IMG/VR virus record: IMGVR_UViG_3300010165_000005
Coordinates: 1-24,796 of that record
Source: a virus
Taxonomy: Duplodnaviria > Caudoviricetes
Strand: one strand, 5' to 3'
DNA: 24,796 nucleotides
Below, one piece after another: positions 1 to 9,021 of this stretch (within the stretch, counting starts at the first letter, position 1; every line of letters starts with the position of its first letter). Under the pieces are notes generated by a model that saw only the letters and a program-made list of their open reading frames with translations, did not search any database and was not told the DNA's origin. The position numbers and the translations under genes are program-made.

Positions 1-27
1 AAAAAAAGAAGAAACATAAGTCTCTTC

Positions 28-387
28 TTAGTCAGTTTCAAAATATTGTTTAATTTTACCAATACGTTTTTCTCTATCTTCTTTTTCTTCGTCTTCTGGA
101 GTTTCGTATAATTTTGTAATTTCTTCAGGAACAGTTAGTACAGTTTTATAGGCTGTTTCAACTTTGAACATATTAAGATAAATGGTTTTTCCATAACGAC
201 CACTAGTGTCTGTATGAACTTCTCGAAACGCTGTTCCTTGTCCGGCAATAGAACTTTCAGCTTTTACTAATGCATCTAAGGGTTGACCTCCAGTATAGCT
301 TGGGTAAAGATAGTAGTCGTTGTCCTTGGCATGGACTTCCAATACAACTTCTTTTTTTGGTTGTGGGTAATTCACTATTGTTTTCAT
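28..387 (-). CDS. hypothetical phage protein (119 aa)
   Basis: Open ORF with an AAAGAAAGG RBS on the minus strand; no recognisable motif. Confidence 0.7.
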   Translation of the reverse strand: MKTIVNYPQPKKEVVLEVHAKDNDYYLYPSYTGGQPLDALVKAESSIAGQGTAFREVHTDTSGRYGKTIYLNMFKVETAYKTVLTVPEEITKLYETPEDEEKEDREKRIGKIKQYFETD

Positions 388-454
388 CCTTTCTTTGTGG
401 TAAAATAAGGGTATAAGGAATTTCTGCCCTTTTCCTTATTATATCACAGATTGA

Positions 455-802
455 CTAGCCTTGAAACATACTAAACAGATAAGTGACAACAGCTCCTAAA
501 ACAATCATGAAAATGTTTTCCACAACATCTCGTTTGTGGTCTGTATTCTTATCGTTTACATTTTCTAAATCTTGGATTGCCTTTTCTAATTTGGAAATTT
601 GATAGGAGAGGTGAGTGTACTTTTCTTTATAGACGGAAAAGCGTGTATCTAGATTATTAACAATAGATTTTAAATCCTTTAAAGCAGTTTCGAGCTCCTT
701 GTTTTCCTCCTGTATCCCTTTTTCTGTAAGTTCTCCATGTTGGAGACGGTCTTCAAGACTCTGCAACCGAAGTAAAATGTTATTTAATTGGTCATCAGAC
801 AT
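455..802 (-). CDS. coiled-coil protein with C-terminal membrane anchor (XhlA/holin-like topology)
   Basis: Heptad-rich body and hydrophobic C-terminus IFMIVLGAVVTYLFSMF; function is inferred only. Confidence 0.6.
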   Translation of the reverse strand: MSDDQLNNILLRLQSLEDRLQHGELTEKGIQEENKELETALKDLKSIVNNLDTRFSVYKEKYTHLSYQISKLEKAIQDLENVNDKNTDHKRDVVENIFMIVLGAVVTYLFSMFQG

Positions 803-837
803 CTATACAAAGAGCCCCCTTTTTTGTTTTTATTTGG

Positions 838-1107
838 TTAGACGCTATCCTTAAGTAGTAACCATAACATAGCACTTAGTCCAAGTGTTAAACCAGTAAA
901 CACTGTAATAGCCATGTAAAAACCAAAATAGACAGATAAAATACTGCCTAAGCTGATTCCCAAAAGGATAACATGAAATTTGTATGAAGATAAGGGGCTA
1001 ATTGCATGATGGAATTTTTTATGTACTAAAGAGCGAGTAACAAAATAAGAAGCAGTATAAACCCAAAGCTGTAGTAAAAGCATGCTTATAAATGCTAAAA
1101 TGAACAT
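838..1107 (-). CDS. small membrane protein (about 3 TM segments)
   Basis: Highly hydrophobic 89 aa ORF; AGGAGAGG RBS on the minus strand. Confidence 0.7.
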   Translation of the reverse strand: MFILAFISMLLLQLWVYTASYFVTRSLVHKKFHHAISPLSSYKFHVILLGISLGSILSVYFGFYMAITVFTGLTLGLSAMLWLLLKDSV

Positions 1108-1143
1108 GGATTTACCTCTCCTTTTGCCTTCTTAACCTAAGAG

Positions 1144-1199
1144 TAATATAGCATGAAATACCAAACAGATGTTGTCATACTAGCTTTTGTATTATATTA
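1144..1199. promoter_or_regulatory. divergent phage late-type promoters
   Basis: TGCTATATTA on the minus strand (1144-1153) and TATTATATTA on the plus strand (1190-1199) resemble the TGTTATATTA late motif of Twort-like phages and lie between divergent genes. Confidence 0.45.
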
Positions 1200-1236
1200 G
1201 AATAGATACAAAATATTAGCAAAGGAGTATGATAAT

Positions 1237-1533
1237 TTGGACAATAAGAACCAGGAGAAAAAAGATAATCGAAAACGTAAAGGCAGAAAATTTATTTTTA
1301 TGGTATTTTTTGTCTTAGTGATGTTAGCTTTTACCTTCTTTATTGCCCATGAGTTTGGTATTGCCCACCATGAGTCCTTAATTTGGGTATCAAGCGGAGC
1401 GATATGGTCTTGGATAGCAAGTGATATCTTTGACCGCCAAACCCAGCGAACAGTTTCACGTGATATTCAAGAAGATATTCAGAGAAAACTTAAAACAGTC
1501 GCTAGTAACTTAGAAGAAATTGGAAAACACTAG
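1237..1533 (+). CDS. membrane protein upstream of terminase
   Basis: AAAGGAG RBS with TTG start; basic N-terminus then hydrophobic segments. Confidence 0.7.
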   Translation: MDNKNQEKKDNRKRKGRKFIFMVFFVLVMLAFTFFIAHEFGIAHHESLIWVSSGAIWSWIASDIFDRQTQRTVSRDIQEDIQRKLKTVASNLEEIGKH

Positions 1534-1542
1534 GTCTAAGGA

Positions 1543-1830
1543 GTGATTCTAACGGAAAGAAACGAGATTAAAGAGAAACGAAAATACTTTTTACACAATG
1601 CTGAAAAAGTGACAACAATTAAAAAAGGGGACAGACGGGTGGTAAGTGCGACTAGATTTTGCGTCATTTGCCACCGTCCTTTGTCTACACTGGTGAAATC
1701 TACTGGAAAAACGATTTCTACTGTGGACCATTTTAGTTGTGTAGTCAATGACTTTATAAGAGTGAATATGTGTAAAGATATCCGTTCTTGTTATAACAAC
1801 TGTGAAAAAGATGGGAGTGGTGAAACATGA
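1543..1830 (+). CDS. Cys-rich hypothetical protein (possible Zn-binding)
   Basis: CVIC plus later Cys/His residues; ATGA overlap with the next gene; start codon uncertain. Confidence 0.65.
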   Translation: MILTERNEIKEKRKYFLHNAEKVTTIKKGDRRVVSATRFCVICHRPLSTLVKSTGKTISTVDHFSCVVNDFIRVNMCKDIRSCYNNCEKDGSGET

Positions 1831-2255
1831 GTTTAGCAGACCGTTTAAAAGAAGATGTTTCTAAAAAGAAAATAGAACAGTCTTCAGAAGAAACATTGAG
1901 AAACACCTTTAATGAGGCTTCTTCTAAATTAATTAACCAATTCATGGCAGATGTTTTAAGTGGTTCAATAAAAATTGATGATGTAGGAGATTTATCCCGC
2001 TTATTTCAAATTTATATGAGTGTCAATGATATAAATGAAAACCAAGGAGCAGGAGGAACTTTACCTGAATTAAGTTCGGGGCAAAAAGAGTTGTTTGGTA
2101 ATCATATTGAAACCACAAAAACAGAAAATGAAGACGGCGAAGAAGAAGAAACAGTAAACTTGTCAGACTTAGAAGGATTGGAAGATGATAGTATAGATAA
2201 AATGTTACAAGATAGAGAATTAGAAATGAATAAAGAAAATGAAGGTGGTTTGTAG
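1827..2255 (+). CDS. putative terminase small subunit
   Basis: Immediately upstream of and overlapping terL; helical N-terminus and acidic C-terminus; function inferred from position. Confidence 0.5.
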   Translation: MSLADRLKEDVSKKKIEQSSEETLRNTFNEASSKLINQFMADVLSGSIKIDDVGDLSRLFQIYMSVNDINENQGAGGTLPELSSGQKELFGNHIETTKTENEDGEEEETVNLSDLEGLEDDSIDKMLQDRELEMNKENEGGL

Positions 2256-2594
2256 TGGGTAAAAAGGCGGAACAGATAGCAGGTATGGCAAGAGAAATGT
2301 TTGGTACAGAACAGATTACAGTGGAACAGCTTGCTTATATAACGGATATGTTAAAGCCTAGTACATACTTGTTAAAAAACCACCAAATTGATGGCAAGCC
2401 TATGACATTTATTGCTAAAGACCGTGCACATGCTATACAACACAGACCCTGGCAAATCGCAATAGTGAACGACCCGCACCCTAATATGGTGGTAATGAAG
2501 AGCCGTCAATTAGGGATTTCGGAATTAAATGTAGGTAAACTTTTACATTTTGTTGATACACATAGTTATGATGGCGTCCGGGCGTTATACGCTT
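2255..2594 (+). CDS. terL: terminase large subunit, exon 1
   Basis: HRPWQ motif and Walker A KSRQLGISE; ends TAC GCT T and joins TT CCC ACT of exon 2 to give ALYAFPTNDQM. Confidence 0.93.
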
Positions 2595-2640
2595 AGATGG
2601 GGAGAGCCTTTGTAGGGTAACCTACATTGAAAAACTCTAC

Positions 2641-2826
2641 TAAACGGGCATAGCAAAATAATAATCACAATAACAATATGCTGGTAAGAAAGACTAAGGG
2701 TGAGTGATTACACCTAGGGTTGACCTACCGTGCTAAATACGGTACATTATTCATTGTACTGTTAAAAGCCTAGAGACTAAATTTCTAGTTAGCTAACTAA
2801 ATGGAGTTAGTGAGAACTAGATAAAA
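2641..2826 (+). repeat. 186-bp exact direct repeat, copy 1 (intron core)
   Basis: Base-for-base identical to 5239-5424 by manual comparison. Confidence 0.95.
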
Positions 2827-2849
2827 GCTACTAAAGGAGGTGACAGTTT

Positions 2850-3767
2850 TTGGGAAAAAGCTTAACAGATGAAGAATTTAATAGAAGAGTAAACAAAGAT
2901 ACACAAGGAGATTACACATTTTTAGAGCCATATATAGGAAGACATAATAAAATTTTGTGCCGTCATAATACTTGTGGCTATGAATGGAAAGTAGAGCCTG
3001 GAGCATTTTTAGGAAATAAAAATAAAAAAGGGAGTAGATGCCCTTATTGTGAAGGGAACGCTCTTAAGACAACTGAACAATACAAAAAAGAAGTTAAAAA
3101 ACTAACAGAAAATTCTTATGAAGTATTAGGCTCTTATAAGAATTCTCATACAAAAATTAAAATGAAGCACAAAAGTTGTGGTACTATATATATGATTGAA
3201 CCTAACTCCTTTATGGGTGGTACTAGATGCCCTTTTTGTAACCCCACTAGACCTTATGACACAGAAAAAGCAAGAGTTGCTATACAAGGATTAGCAGACG
3301 GTAGTTATATATTGTCAGGGGGATGTAATGGATTTTATGAAGATATAGAAATTTTGCATAAAAAGTGCGGTAAGACTTTTACTTCTTCAATGATGAGAGC
3401 TAGAAGAGGGTTAATTTGCCCTTATTGTTTTAATAGGTCTAAAGGAGAGTTTTTTGTTAGAAATTACCTTGAAATAAATGGTTACCACTACGAGATACAG
3501 AAAAGATTCGAGGGTATTAAGAAGTTATCATACGATTTTTACTTACCCGAAGAAAATATTGTAATAGAATATCAAGGAGAACAACATTACAAGCCTGTTA
3601 AGTTATTCGGTGGAGAAGAATCGTTTGAAAGGCAAAAAAATATTGATAAAATGAAAAGAGACTATGCCGAAGATAAAGGTATAAATCTTGTTGAGATTAG
3701 CTATAAAAACAAAACCCAAACAGCTGTGTCCTCCGAGCTTGATTTAAAATTAAGCTTAGTAGTATAA
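2850..3767 (+). CDS. intron-encoded homing endonuclease: three HxxCG...CPxC zinc-finger repeats plus a C-terminal Vsr/DUF559-like nuclease
   Basis: AAAGGAGGTGA RBS; HNTCG..CPYC, HKSCG..CPFC, HKKCG..CPYC; YDFYLPEENIVIEYQGEQHY; lies inside intron 1. Confidence 0.85.
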   Translation: MGKSLTDEEFNRRVNKDTQGDYTFLEPYIGRHNKILCRHNTCGYEWKVEPGAFLGNKNKKGSRCPYCEGNALKTTEQYKKEVKKLTENSYEVLGSYKNSHTKIKMKHKSCGTIYMIEPNSFMGGTRCPFCNPTRPYDTEKARVAIQGLADGSYILSGGCNGFYEDIEILHKKCGKTFTSSMMRARRGLICPYCFNRSKGEFFVRNYLEINGYHYEIQKRFEGIKKLSYDFYLPEENIVIEYQGEQHYKPVKLFGGEESFERQKNIDKMKRDYAEDKGINLVEISYKNKTQTAVSSELDLKLSLVV

Positions 3768-3850
3768 CGTAGAGCATCCTTAACCAAAACTAAGGATGAT
3801 GATATAGTCCAACCCTTAAAAATACTATGAAAATAAAGTGGAACACTAGG

Positions 3851-5190
3851 TTCCCACTAACGACCAGATGCAAATCTTTACTCAATCCAGGTTAGACCCT
3901 GTGTTGAATAAAGGCTATTATTCAACAATTATAAATCCAGATTTAAATTCGATGAAATTAAAGCAAATACGGAACAGTTTTATTTACTTCCGTTCGAGTT
4001 CTAAACCAGGGGCATTAGAAGGGCTTGCTAACGATTATTTAATCCTAGATGAATATGACCGTGTACCGCAAGCAGCAGAAGCTTCAGCCCTAGAAGGGAT
4101 GTCCTCATCTCCTTATAAGATAACAAATAGGTTTAGTACTCCAAGTATTAACGACGTAGGTATCCATAAGTTGTTTAAGCAATCGGACCAAAATTATTAC
4201 ATGCATAAATGTCCACATTGTAACTATTACAACAAGATGAGCTTTGAGCCTTATGTACCTGAAGCTCCAGTTGAAAAAAGAGGAAATGTTTTAACGGTTA
4301 ACCCTCAAGGGGTAGACTTATCTGCTAAGACAGTCGTAGATGGCTCTTTCCAATATGTTTGTCAAAAATGTGGGAGACCTCTAGACAGATGGATGACTGG
4401 TGAATGGGTTCCTATGTATCCTGATAGAGCTAAGAATAACCAAGGTACAAGAGGGTATTATATTTCACAAATGAATGCCGTTTGGATAAGTTTAGATGAC
4501 CTTAAACGAAAAGAACTAACTGCTGAATCTAAACAGTTGTTCTACAACTATGTTATCGGAGAGCCGTTTATCGATGCCAAAATGACGGTTAATAAATCAG
4601 ATATCATGAATCACATTAGACCTGACCTAAATAAGCAACCGGAAAATAGACAAGGATATGCCTTTGTATCCGTAGGAGTGGATTTCGGTAACCAACACTC
4701 CATAACTATTCATGGTGTTCGTTCTAATGGAGTTGTAGATATGATTGCTAACTTCCAAGTGACCAAAGCAAATCCTTTAAACCCCGACTCTATCGGAACA
4801 GACATTCAAGCATTAAGAGTTAAATTGGCTCCTTATGACCCAGACATCATTGTAGCCGATATAGGAGATTCAGGAGATAAAATTGCTAAATTAATCCAAA
4901 TCTATGGGAAAGGCAAAGTGTACGGGTGTATTTATCCGTCCACACCTAAGTCAAGCGGCAATGTTATCCCTACTTGGTCGGAAAACAATAATACTGTTCG
5001 TGCAGATAAATTAATGCAGAATAAAAGATATATTGCAAAATTAAAAGAAGGTGAAATTGGTTTTGCTAGAGGTATGGATAAATCCTTAGAAGATTTTGTT
5101 TCTCATTGGAGCAACGTTGTTATTCGTGATGAGGAAGACAACAAATCTATAACAGGATTTGTTCAAAAGATTACTCGAAAGGGACCCGAT
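3851..5190 (+). CDS. terL: terminase large subunit, exon 2
   Basis: Walker B YLILDEYDR, FSTP coupling motif, CPHC/CQKC, nuclease GVDFG; ends RKGPD. Confidence 0.93.
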
Positions 5191-5238
5191 TAAGTGATGG
5201 TCGGCTTTATAAGGTAACTTATAATGACAAAACAGTGT

Positions 5239-5424
5239 TAAACGGGCATAGCAAAATAATAATCACAATAACAATATGCTGGTAAGAAAGACTAAGGGTG
5301 AGTGATTACACCTAGGGTTGACCTACCGTGCTAAATACGGTACATTATTCATTGTACTGTTAAAAGCCTAGAGACTAAATTTCTAGTTAGCTAACTAAAT
5401 GGAGTTAGTGAGAACTAGATAAAA
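5239..5424 (+). repeat. 186-bp exact direct repeat, copy 2 (intron core)
   Basis: Identical to 2641-2826. Confidence 0.95.
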
Positions 5425-5461
5425 AGGTAAACTAATAATAAGTAATAAAGGAGGTGTAAAT

Positions 5462-5545
5462 ATAGAAATACCTTATACTGTGAGCAAATATGAGGACATA
5501 GAAAGAGTTATTCTAAAAGAAATAAAAAATATAGTTTACCTGTAA
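5462..5545 (+). pseudogene. C-terminal remnant of a deleted homing endonuclease gene
   Basis: AAAGGAGGTG RBS-like sequence then IEIPYTVSKYEDIERVILKEIKNIVYL*, in the same loop position as the intron 1 ORF and resembling its tail LVEISY... Confidence 0.6.
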
Positions 5546-5644
5546 AGCACTGAACCCTTAGCCAAAAGTAAGGGTTATGATATAGTCCAACTCGATTGCA
5601 AAAAAGCAATGTTAAAATATCACGAAAGTGACGATAGAAAAAAG

Positions 5645-5791
5645 CATTATGCCCAGGCAGCAATTTACTCAATGCTTGGTTATGAGTACCTTATGAATGT
5701 TTGGGATACAGATAAGTCAGCTCAATTTGATTCAGATTGGCTAAATGCTAACTTAACTCCTACCCAAACAGATATCTTTAGTCAATTCTAA
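5645..5791 (+). CDS. terL: terminase large subunit, exon 3
   Basis: HYAQAAIYSMLGY completes the nuclease DH motif; spliced total 1827 nt = 608 aa. Confidence 0.9.
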   Translation, partial: HYAQAAIYSMLGYEYLMNVWDTDKSAQFDSDWLNANLTPTQTDIFSQF

Positions 5792-5803
5792 TAAGCTAAA
5801 TTT

Positions 5804-5838
5804 AAGCCAGTTCTCTTTTTAGGGAATTGGCTTTTTTT
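5804..5838 (+). terminator. intrinsic terminator after terL
   Basis: AAGCCAGTTCTC / GGGAATTGGCTT stem followed by a T-run. Confidence 0.85.
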
Positions 5839-5848
5839 AATTTACTTG

Positions 5849-5877
5849 TTGACAAATAAACTTTAGTAGTGTAAGCT
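5849..5877 (+). promoter_or_regulatory. sigma-A-type promoter
   Basis: TTGACA-17-TAAGCT. Confidence 0.7.
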
Positions 5878-5910
5878 TAGCTCATAAGTTAAATAAAGGA
5901 GGAAAATTAA

Positions 5911-6222
5911 ATGAGTTGGTTAGATTCAATTCCTGAGATAAAAGAAATACCTAGTATACAATATAAAGCTACACAGAAAGCTTATGATAGGGCTAAAGGT
6001 AAAATAGAGTATAGAGTTACCGAGGAATTTATGAACTTAGAGTATGAGATAAGAGGGAATATAATAACCCCTACTGTTTTGTACAGTGAAATCATGCCAG
6101 GTAGCGATAAAATAGCTAAAAAAGCGATAGAAGATACCGCAACTGAGTTAAAGAATCATTTAGGATATAACGTAAAAGTAGAAGAAACAGCAATGGGTTT
6201 TGCCTTAACTATACATTGGTAA
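5911..6222 (+). CDS. hypothetical protein with a C-terminal GY-x-V...I-x-W motif
   Basis: AAAGGAGG RBS; ends LGYNVKVEETAMGFALTIHW. Confidence 0.8.
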   Translation: MSWLDSIPEIKEIPSIQYKATQKAYDRAKGKIEYRVTEEFMNLEYEIRGNIITPTVLYSEIMPGSDKIAKKAIEDTATELKNHLGYNVKVEETAMGFALTIHW

Positions 6223-6242
6223 AATACAAAGGAGGGATAATA

Positions 6243-6803
6243 GTGAAATTTTGGAATAGTATAAAAGAACTGGTAAAACCGGAGACAGTATATTCTGACC
6301 CTGAATATATAAGGGAAGATGTGAAAATGGGAGAAGTAGAAAAAACTAGTGAACAAAAAGGAGAAGAGGATACAGAAATGAAAAAAGAAAGTAATAAGAT
6401 TTCTCCTGAAGAAGCTAAGGAACAAGCAGACGAGTATAACGAAAAAGCTTTTCAAGATTGTTTGCAAAAAGCCTACGAAAATATTCGTAGTAGCGCTTAA
6501 CATGGAGCTACTCTAGCAATATTAGGTAGTTCGAATGGTATAGGTAGTCTATTCGATAACTATTATGATCACAATACAATAGAAAAAGTTGGAAGAAAGT
6601 TATCTGAAGAAGGCTATGATATAGAAATACAAGATAATTACGGTAATCCATGCCGAATTCCTGGTTCTCCAAGAATGGTAATATACATCAGTTTTGACAA
6701 TTCCATAGGAAAGTTTGTTATAAGAGATGTAGCTAAAGAAATTAAGAAAGCAGAAGAAGAGGACGGTAAAGTTGTTGCTGAAGGGGAGACTGACATAGAG
6801 TGA
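6243..6803 (+). pseudogene. hypothetical gene interrupted by an in-frame TAA at 6498-6500
   Basis: GGAGG RBS with GTG at 6243; the frame stays open 100 codons past the TAA and ends in a GTGA overlap with the next gene. Confidence 0.75.
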
Positions 6804-7399
6804 CAGACTATATTACTTCAGATACTCATTTTGATCATAATAATATTTGCGGTCCAAATGGATTTACTGAAACCAGGAAACATTTTCAATCAACTGAAGA
6901 AATGAATAAAACAATTATTAAAAATTGGAATGCTGTTGTAACAAATAAAGACAGAGTTTATCATTGTGGTGATTTTAGCTTAGGGGCTAAGCCTGAAAGA
7001 GCAATTGAGTTAATAAAGCAATTGAATGGGAAAATTGTTTTGATTAAAGGAAACCATGACTCACATAGGTTTTTAAATAAAATAAAGAAAGACTCAGAGT
7101 TAAGTAAAAGAGTAACGATTTATGATGTGGGGGTAAAGATTAAGCTAAACGGAAAAGTTCTCTACTTAACACATTACCCATTTATTGTAGGGAATAAAGA
7201 GAACTTATTTAATTTCCATGGGCATATTCATGAAGAAAAAATGGATTACGATAATGTTATTAACATTGGCGTAGATAGTCCTGAAATAAGTGGAATTCCC
7301 TCTAATAAAAATAAGGAACATCAAAAATTTGGAGAACCCATAGAGTTAGAGAACTTTTTAGAATTCAAGTCAAACATTATTAAGGTTAACTTAATTTAG
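6800..7399 (+). CDS. calcineurin-like metallophosphoesterase
   Basis: SDTH, HCGD, GNHD, THYP and HGHIH motifs. Confidence 0.92.
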   Translation: MTDYITSDTHFDHNNICGPNGFTETRKHFQSTEEMNKTIIKNWNAVVTNKDRVYHCGDFSLGAKPERAIELIKQLNGKIVLIKGNHDSHRFLNKIKKDSELSKRVTIYDVGVKIKLNGKVLYLTHYPFIVGNKENLFNFHGHIHEEKMDYDNVINIGVDSPEISGIPSNKNKEHQKFGEPIELENFLEFKSNIIKVNLI

Positions 7400-7492
7400 A
7401 CAGAAGTCGCTCATCCTCTATAGGTGGGTGATGAATGCCGTTCGGTATGAGGGTTACCGTTGGTAACTCGAAAACTGACAATCAAGGCATGT

Positions 7493-7521
7493 TGACTTTT
7501 TATTTTGCTCTATGTTATAAT
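7493..7521 (+). promoter_or_regulatory. IS internal promoter
   Basis: TTGACT-17-TATAAT with an extended TG. Confidence 0.7.
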
Positions 7522-7551
7522 CAGTCTATATAAGAAATGAGTTGATATAAC

Positions 7552-7670
7552 ATGGTATTAGATACAAATAATCATTCAGTTCTAAAAGTTTCTGTCTTTT
7601 GACTACTGGTGGCGCACCGATTGACGTTATAAAGAAATATATTCAGAATCAAGGGAATAATCATAAATAG
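7552..7670 (+). pseudogene. tnpA: internally deleted Y1 transposase
   Basis: N-terminal MVLDTNNHSV joined out of frame to C-terminal SKSFCLLTTGGAPIDVIKKYIQNQG; HUH core missing. Confidence 0.88.
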
Positions 7671-7677
7671 AAAGTAG

Positions 7678-8829
7678 ATGAGTCTTATGGAGCGACTAAA
7701 AGCATACAAATTCAGATTATATCCAACAGAAGAACAAGAAATTTTCTTTTCTAAGTCTTTTGGTTGTGTTCGTAAAGTTTATAATTTGATGTTAGATGAA
7801 CGCACCAAGGCGTATCAACAGTACAAATCAGACACGTCAAAACAAACTAAGTTACCGACACCTGCCAAGTACAAAAAAGACTATCCATTCTTAAAAGAAG
7901 TAGACAGTCTAGCTTTAGCCAATGCCCAGCAACATTTAGATAAAGCATACAAGAATTTCTTTCGGGATAAATCCATTGGATTTCCTCGTTTCAAGAGTAA
8001 GAAAAATCCTGTTCAGAGTTATACAACGAATAATCAAAATGGGACAGTTGCTTTGATTGATAATAGATTTATCAAAGTTCCTAAACTAAAATCCTTAATC
8101 AAAATTAAACTTCATAGACAGCCTAAAGGGATTATCAAATCTGCTACAATATCACGTCATTCTAGTGGTAAATACTATGTTTCTCTGTTATGCAAAGAAG
8201 AAGTTAACGAATTACCTAAGATGAAGTCTTCGATTGGTATTGACTTGGGTATTACTGACTTTGCAATTCTTTCTGACGGACAAAAAATTGATAATAATAA
8301 ATTCACGTCCAAAATGGAAAAGAAACTAAAACGTGAGCAACGCAAGTTATCTAGACGTGCATTATTAGCCAAACAGAAAGGTATCAATTTGTTTGAAGCT
8401 AAAAACTATCAAAAACAAAAACGAAAAGTAGCACGGTTACATGAAAAAGTAATGAATCAACGTACTGATTTTCTGAATAAGTTGAGTACGGAAATTATCA
8501 AAAACCACGATATTATCTGTATTGAAGACTTAAACATAAAAGGTATGTTGTGTAATCATAAATTAGCAAAAAGTATTTCTGATGTGTCTTGGTCTAGTTT
8601 TGTAACTAAATTACAATACAAGGCTGACTGGTATGGACGTGAAATTATCAAGGTAGATAAATGGTTTCCTTCTAGCCAAATTTGTTCAGAACGCGGACAC
8701 AAAGATGGTAAGAAATCTCTTGATATTCGAGAATGGACTTGCCCTATTTGTCATACTCAACACGACCGAGACATCAACGCTAGTATAAATATTTTGACCG
8801 ATGGTCTACGAATACAAGCATTGGCTTAG
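7678..8829 (+). CDS. tnpB: RNA-guided endonuclease TnpB
   Basis: KAYKFRLYPT N-terminus; RuvC GIDLG / IEDL / DRDINA; Zn ribbon CSERG..CPIC with one Cys lost; start may be ATG 7687. Confidence 0.95.
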   Translation: MSLMERLKAYKFRLYPTEEQEIFFSKSFGCVRKVYNLMLDERTKAYQQYKSDTSKQTKLPTPAKYKKDYPFLKEVDSLALANAQQHLDKAYKNFFRDKSIGFPRFKSKKNPVQSYTTNNQNGTVALIDNRFIKVPKLKSLIKIKLHRQPKGIIKSATISRHSSGKYYVSLLCKEEVNELPKMKSSIGIDLGITDFAILSDGQKIDNNKFTSKMEKKLKREQRKLSRRALLAKQKGINLFEAKNYQKQKRKVARLHEKVMNQRTDFLNKLSTEIIKNHDIICIEDLNIKGMLCNHKLAKSISDVSWSSFVTKLQYKADWYGREIIKVDKWFPSSQICSERGHKDGKKSLDIREWTCPICHTQHDRDINASINILTDGLRIQALA

Positions 8830-8840
8830 AAAGTATCAAG

Positions 8841-8986
8841 AACCGTAGGAACTACGGGGATAGCTTGGTAAATAAGAGACACCGCTGTGAGCAAAGAAAT
8901 ACGCTTGCAAGTACGCTCTATTCCCAAGAAGCTCCCACTTCAAGCGTTAAGAACCGTAAGGTTTAGCTAAGTGGTGAGTAGTTCAC
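8841..8986 (+). ncRNA. TnpB omegaRNA (reRNA) scaffold / IS right end
   Basis: CCGTAG/CTACGG hairpin, CTTGG..CCAAG pairing and terminal hairpin; predicted guide is the flank AAAGTTATTGACAAGA... Confidence 0.8.
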
Positions 8987-8993
8987 AAAGTTA

Positions 8994-9021
8994 TTGACAA
9001 GAATTGTAAATATGTTATAAT
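8994..9021 (+). promoter_or_regulatory. sigma-A-type promoter of the tRNA cluster
   Basis: TTGACA-16-TATAAT with an extended TG. Confidence 0.8.

Larger units (their letters stand above)
2595..3850 (+). ncRNA. group I intron 1 in terL (IA2-like, endonuclease ORF in the P7.2 region)
   Basis: 5' splice after U2594 and terminal G3850; P1 GCUU/GAGC(2604-2607) with U-G pair; P10 UGGGGA(2598-2603)/UUCCCA; P3 CTCTAC/GTAGAG; P7 GACTA/TAGTC; P8 CATCCTTA/TAAGGATG; removal restores the frame. Confidence 0.93.
5191..5644 (+). ncRNA. group I intron 2 in terL (no intact ORF)
   Basis: 5' splice after U5190 and terminal G5644; P1 CCGAU/GUCGG(5200-5204); P10 GUGAUG(5194-5199)/CAUUAU; P3 CAGTGT/GCACTG; P7 GACTA/TAGTC; P8 AACCCTTA/TAAGGGTT; splicing gives GPD-HYAQA. 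Confidence 0.93.
7400..8986 (+). mobile_element. non-autonomous IS200/IS605-family element (deleted tnpA plus tnpB)
   Basis: Left-end hairpin CGCTCATC..GTGGGTG-ATGAA, tnpA remnant, tnpB, and a right-end hairpin ending TCAC (8983-8986); left boundary uncertain by 1-2 nt. Confidence 0.88.

Noticed and set aside
5609-5644. Track ORF N-terminus MLKYHESDDRKK
   Set aside because: This is intron 2 P9 sequence; exon 3 begins at 5645.
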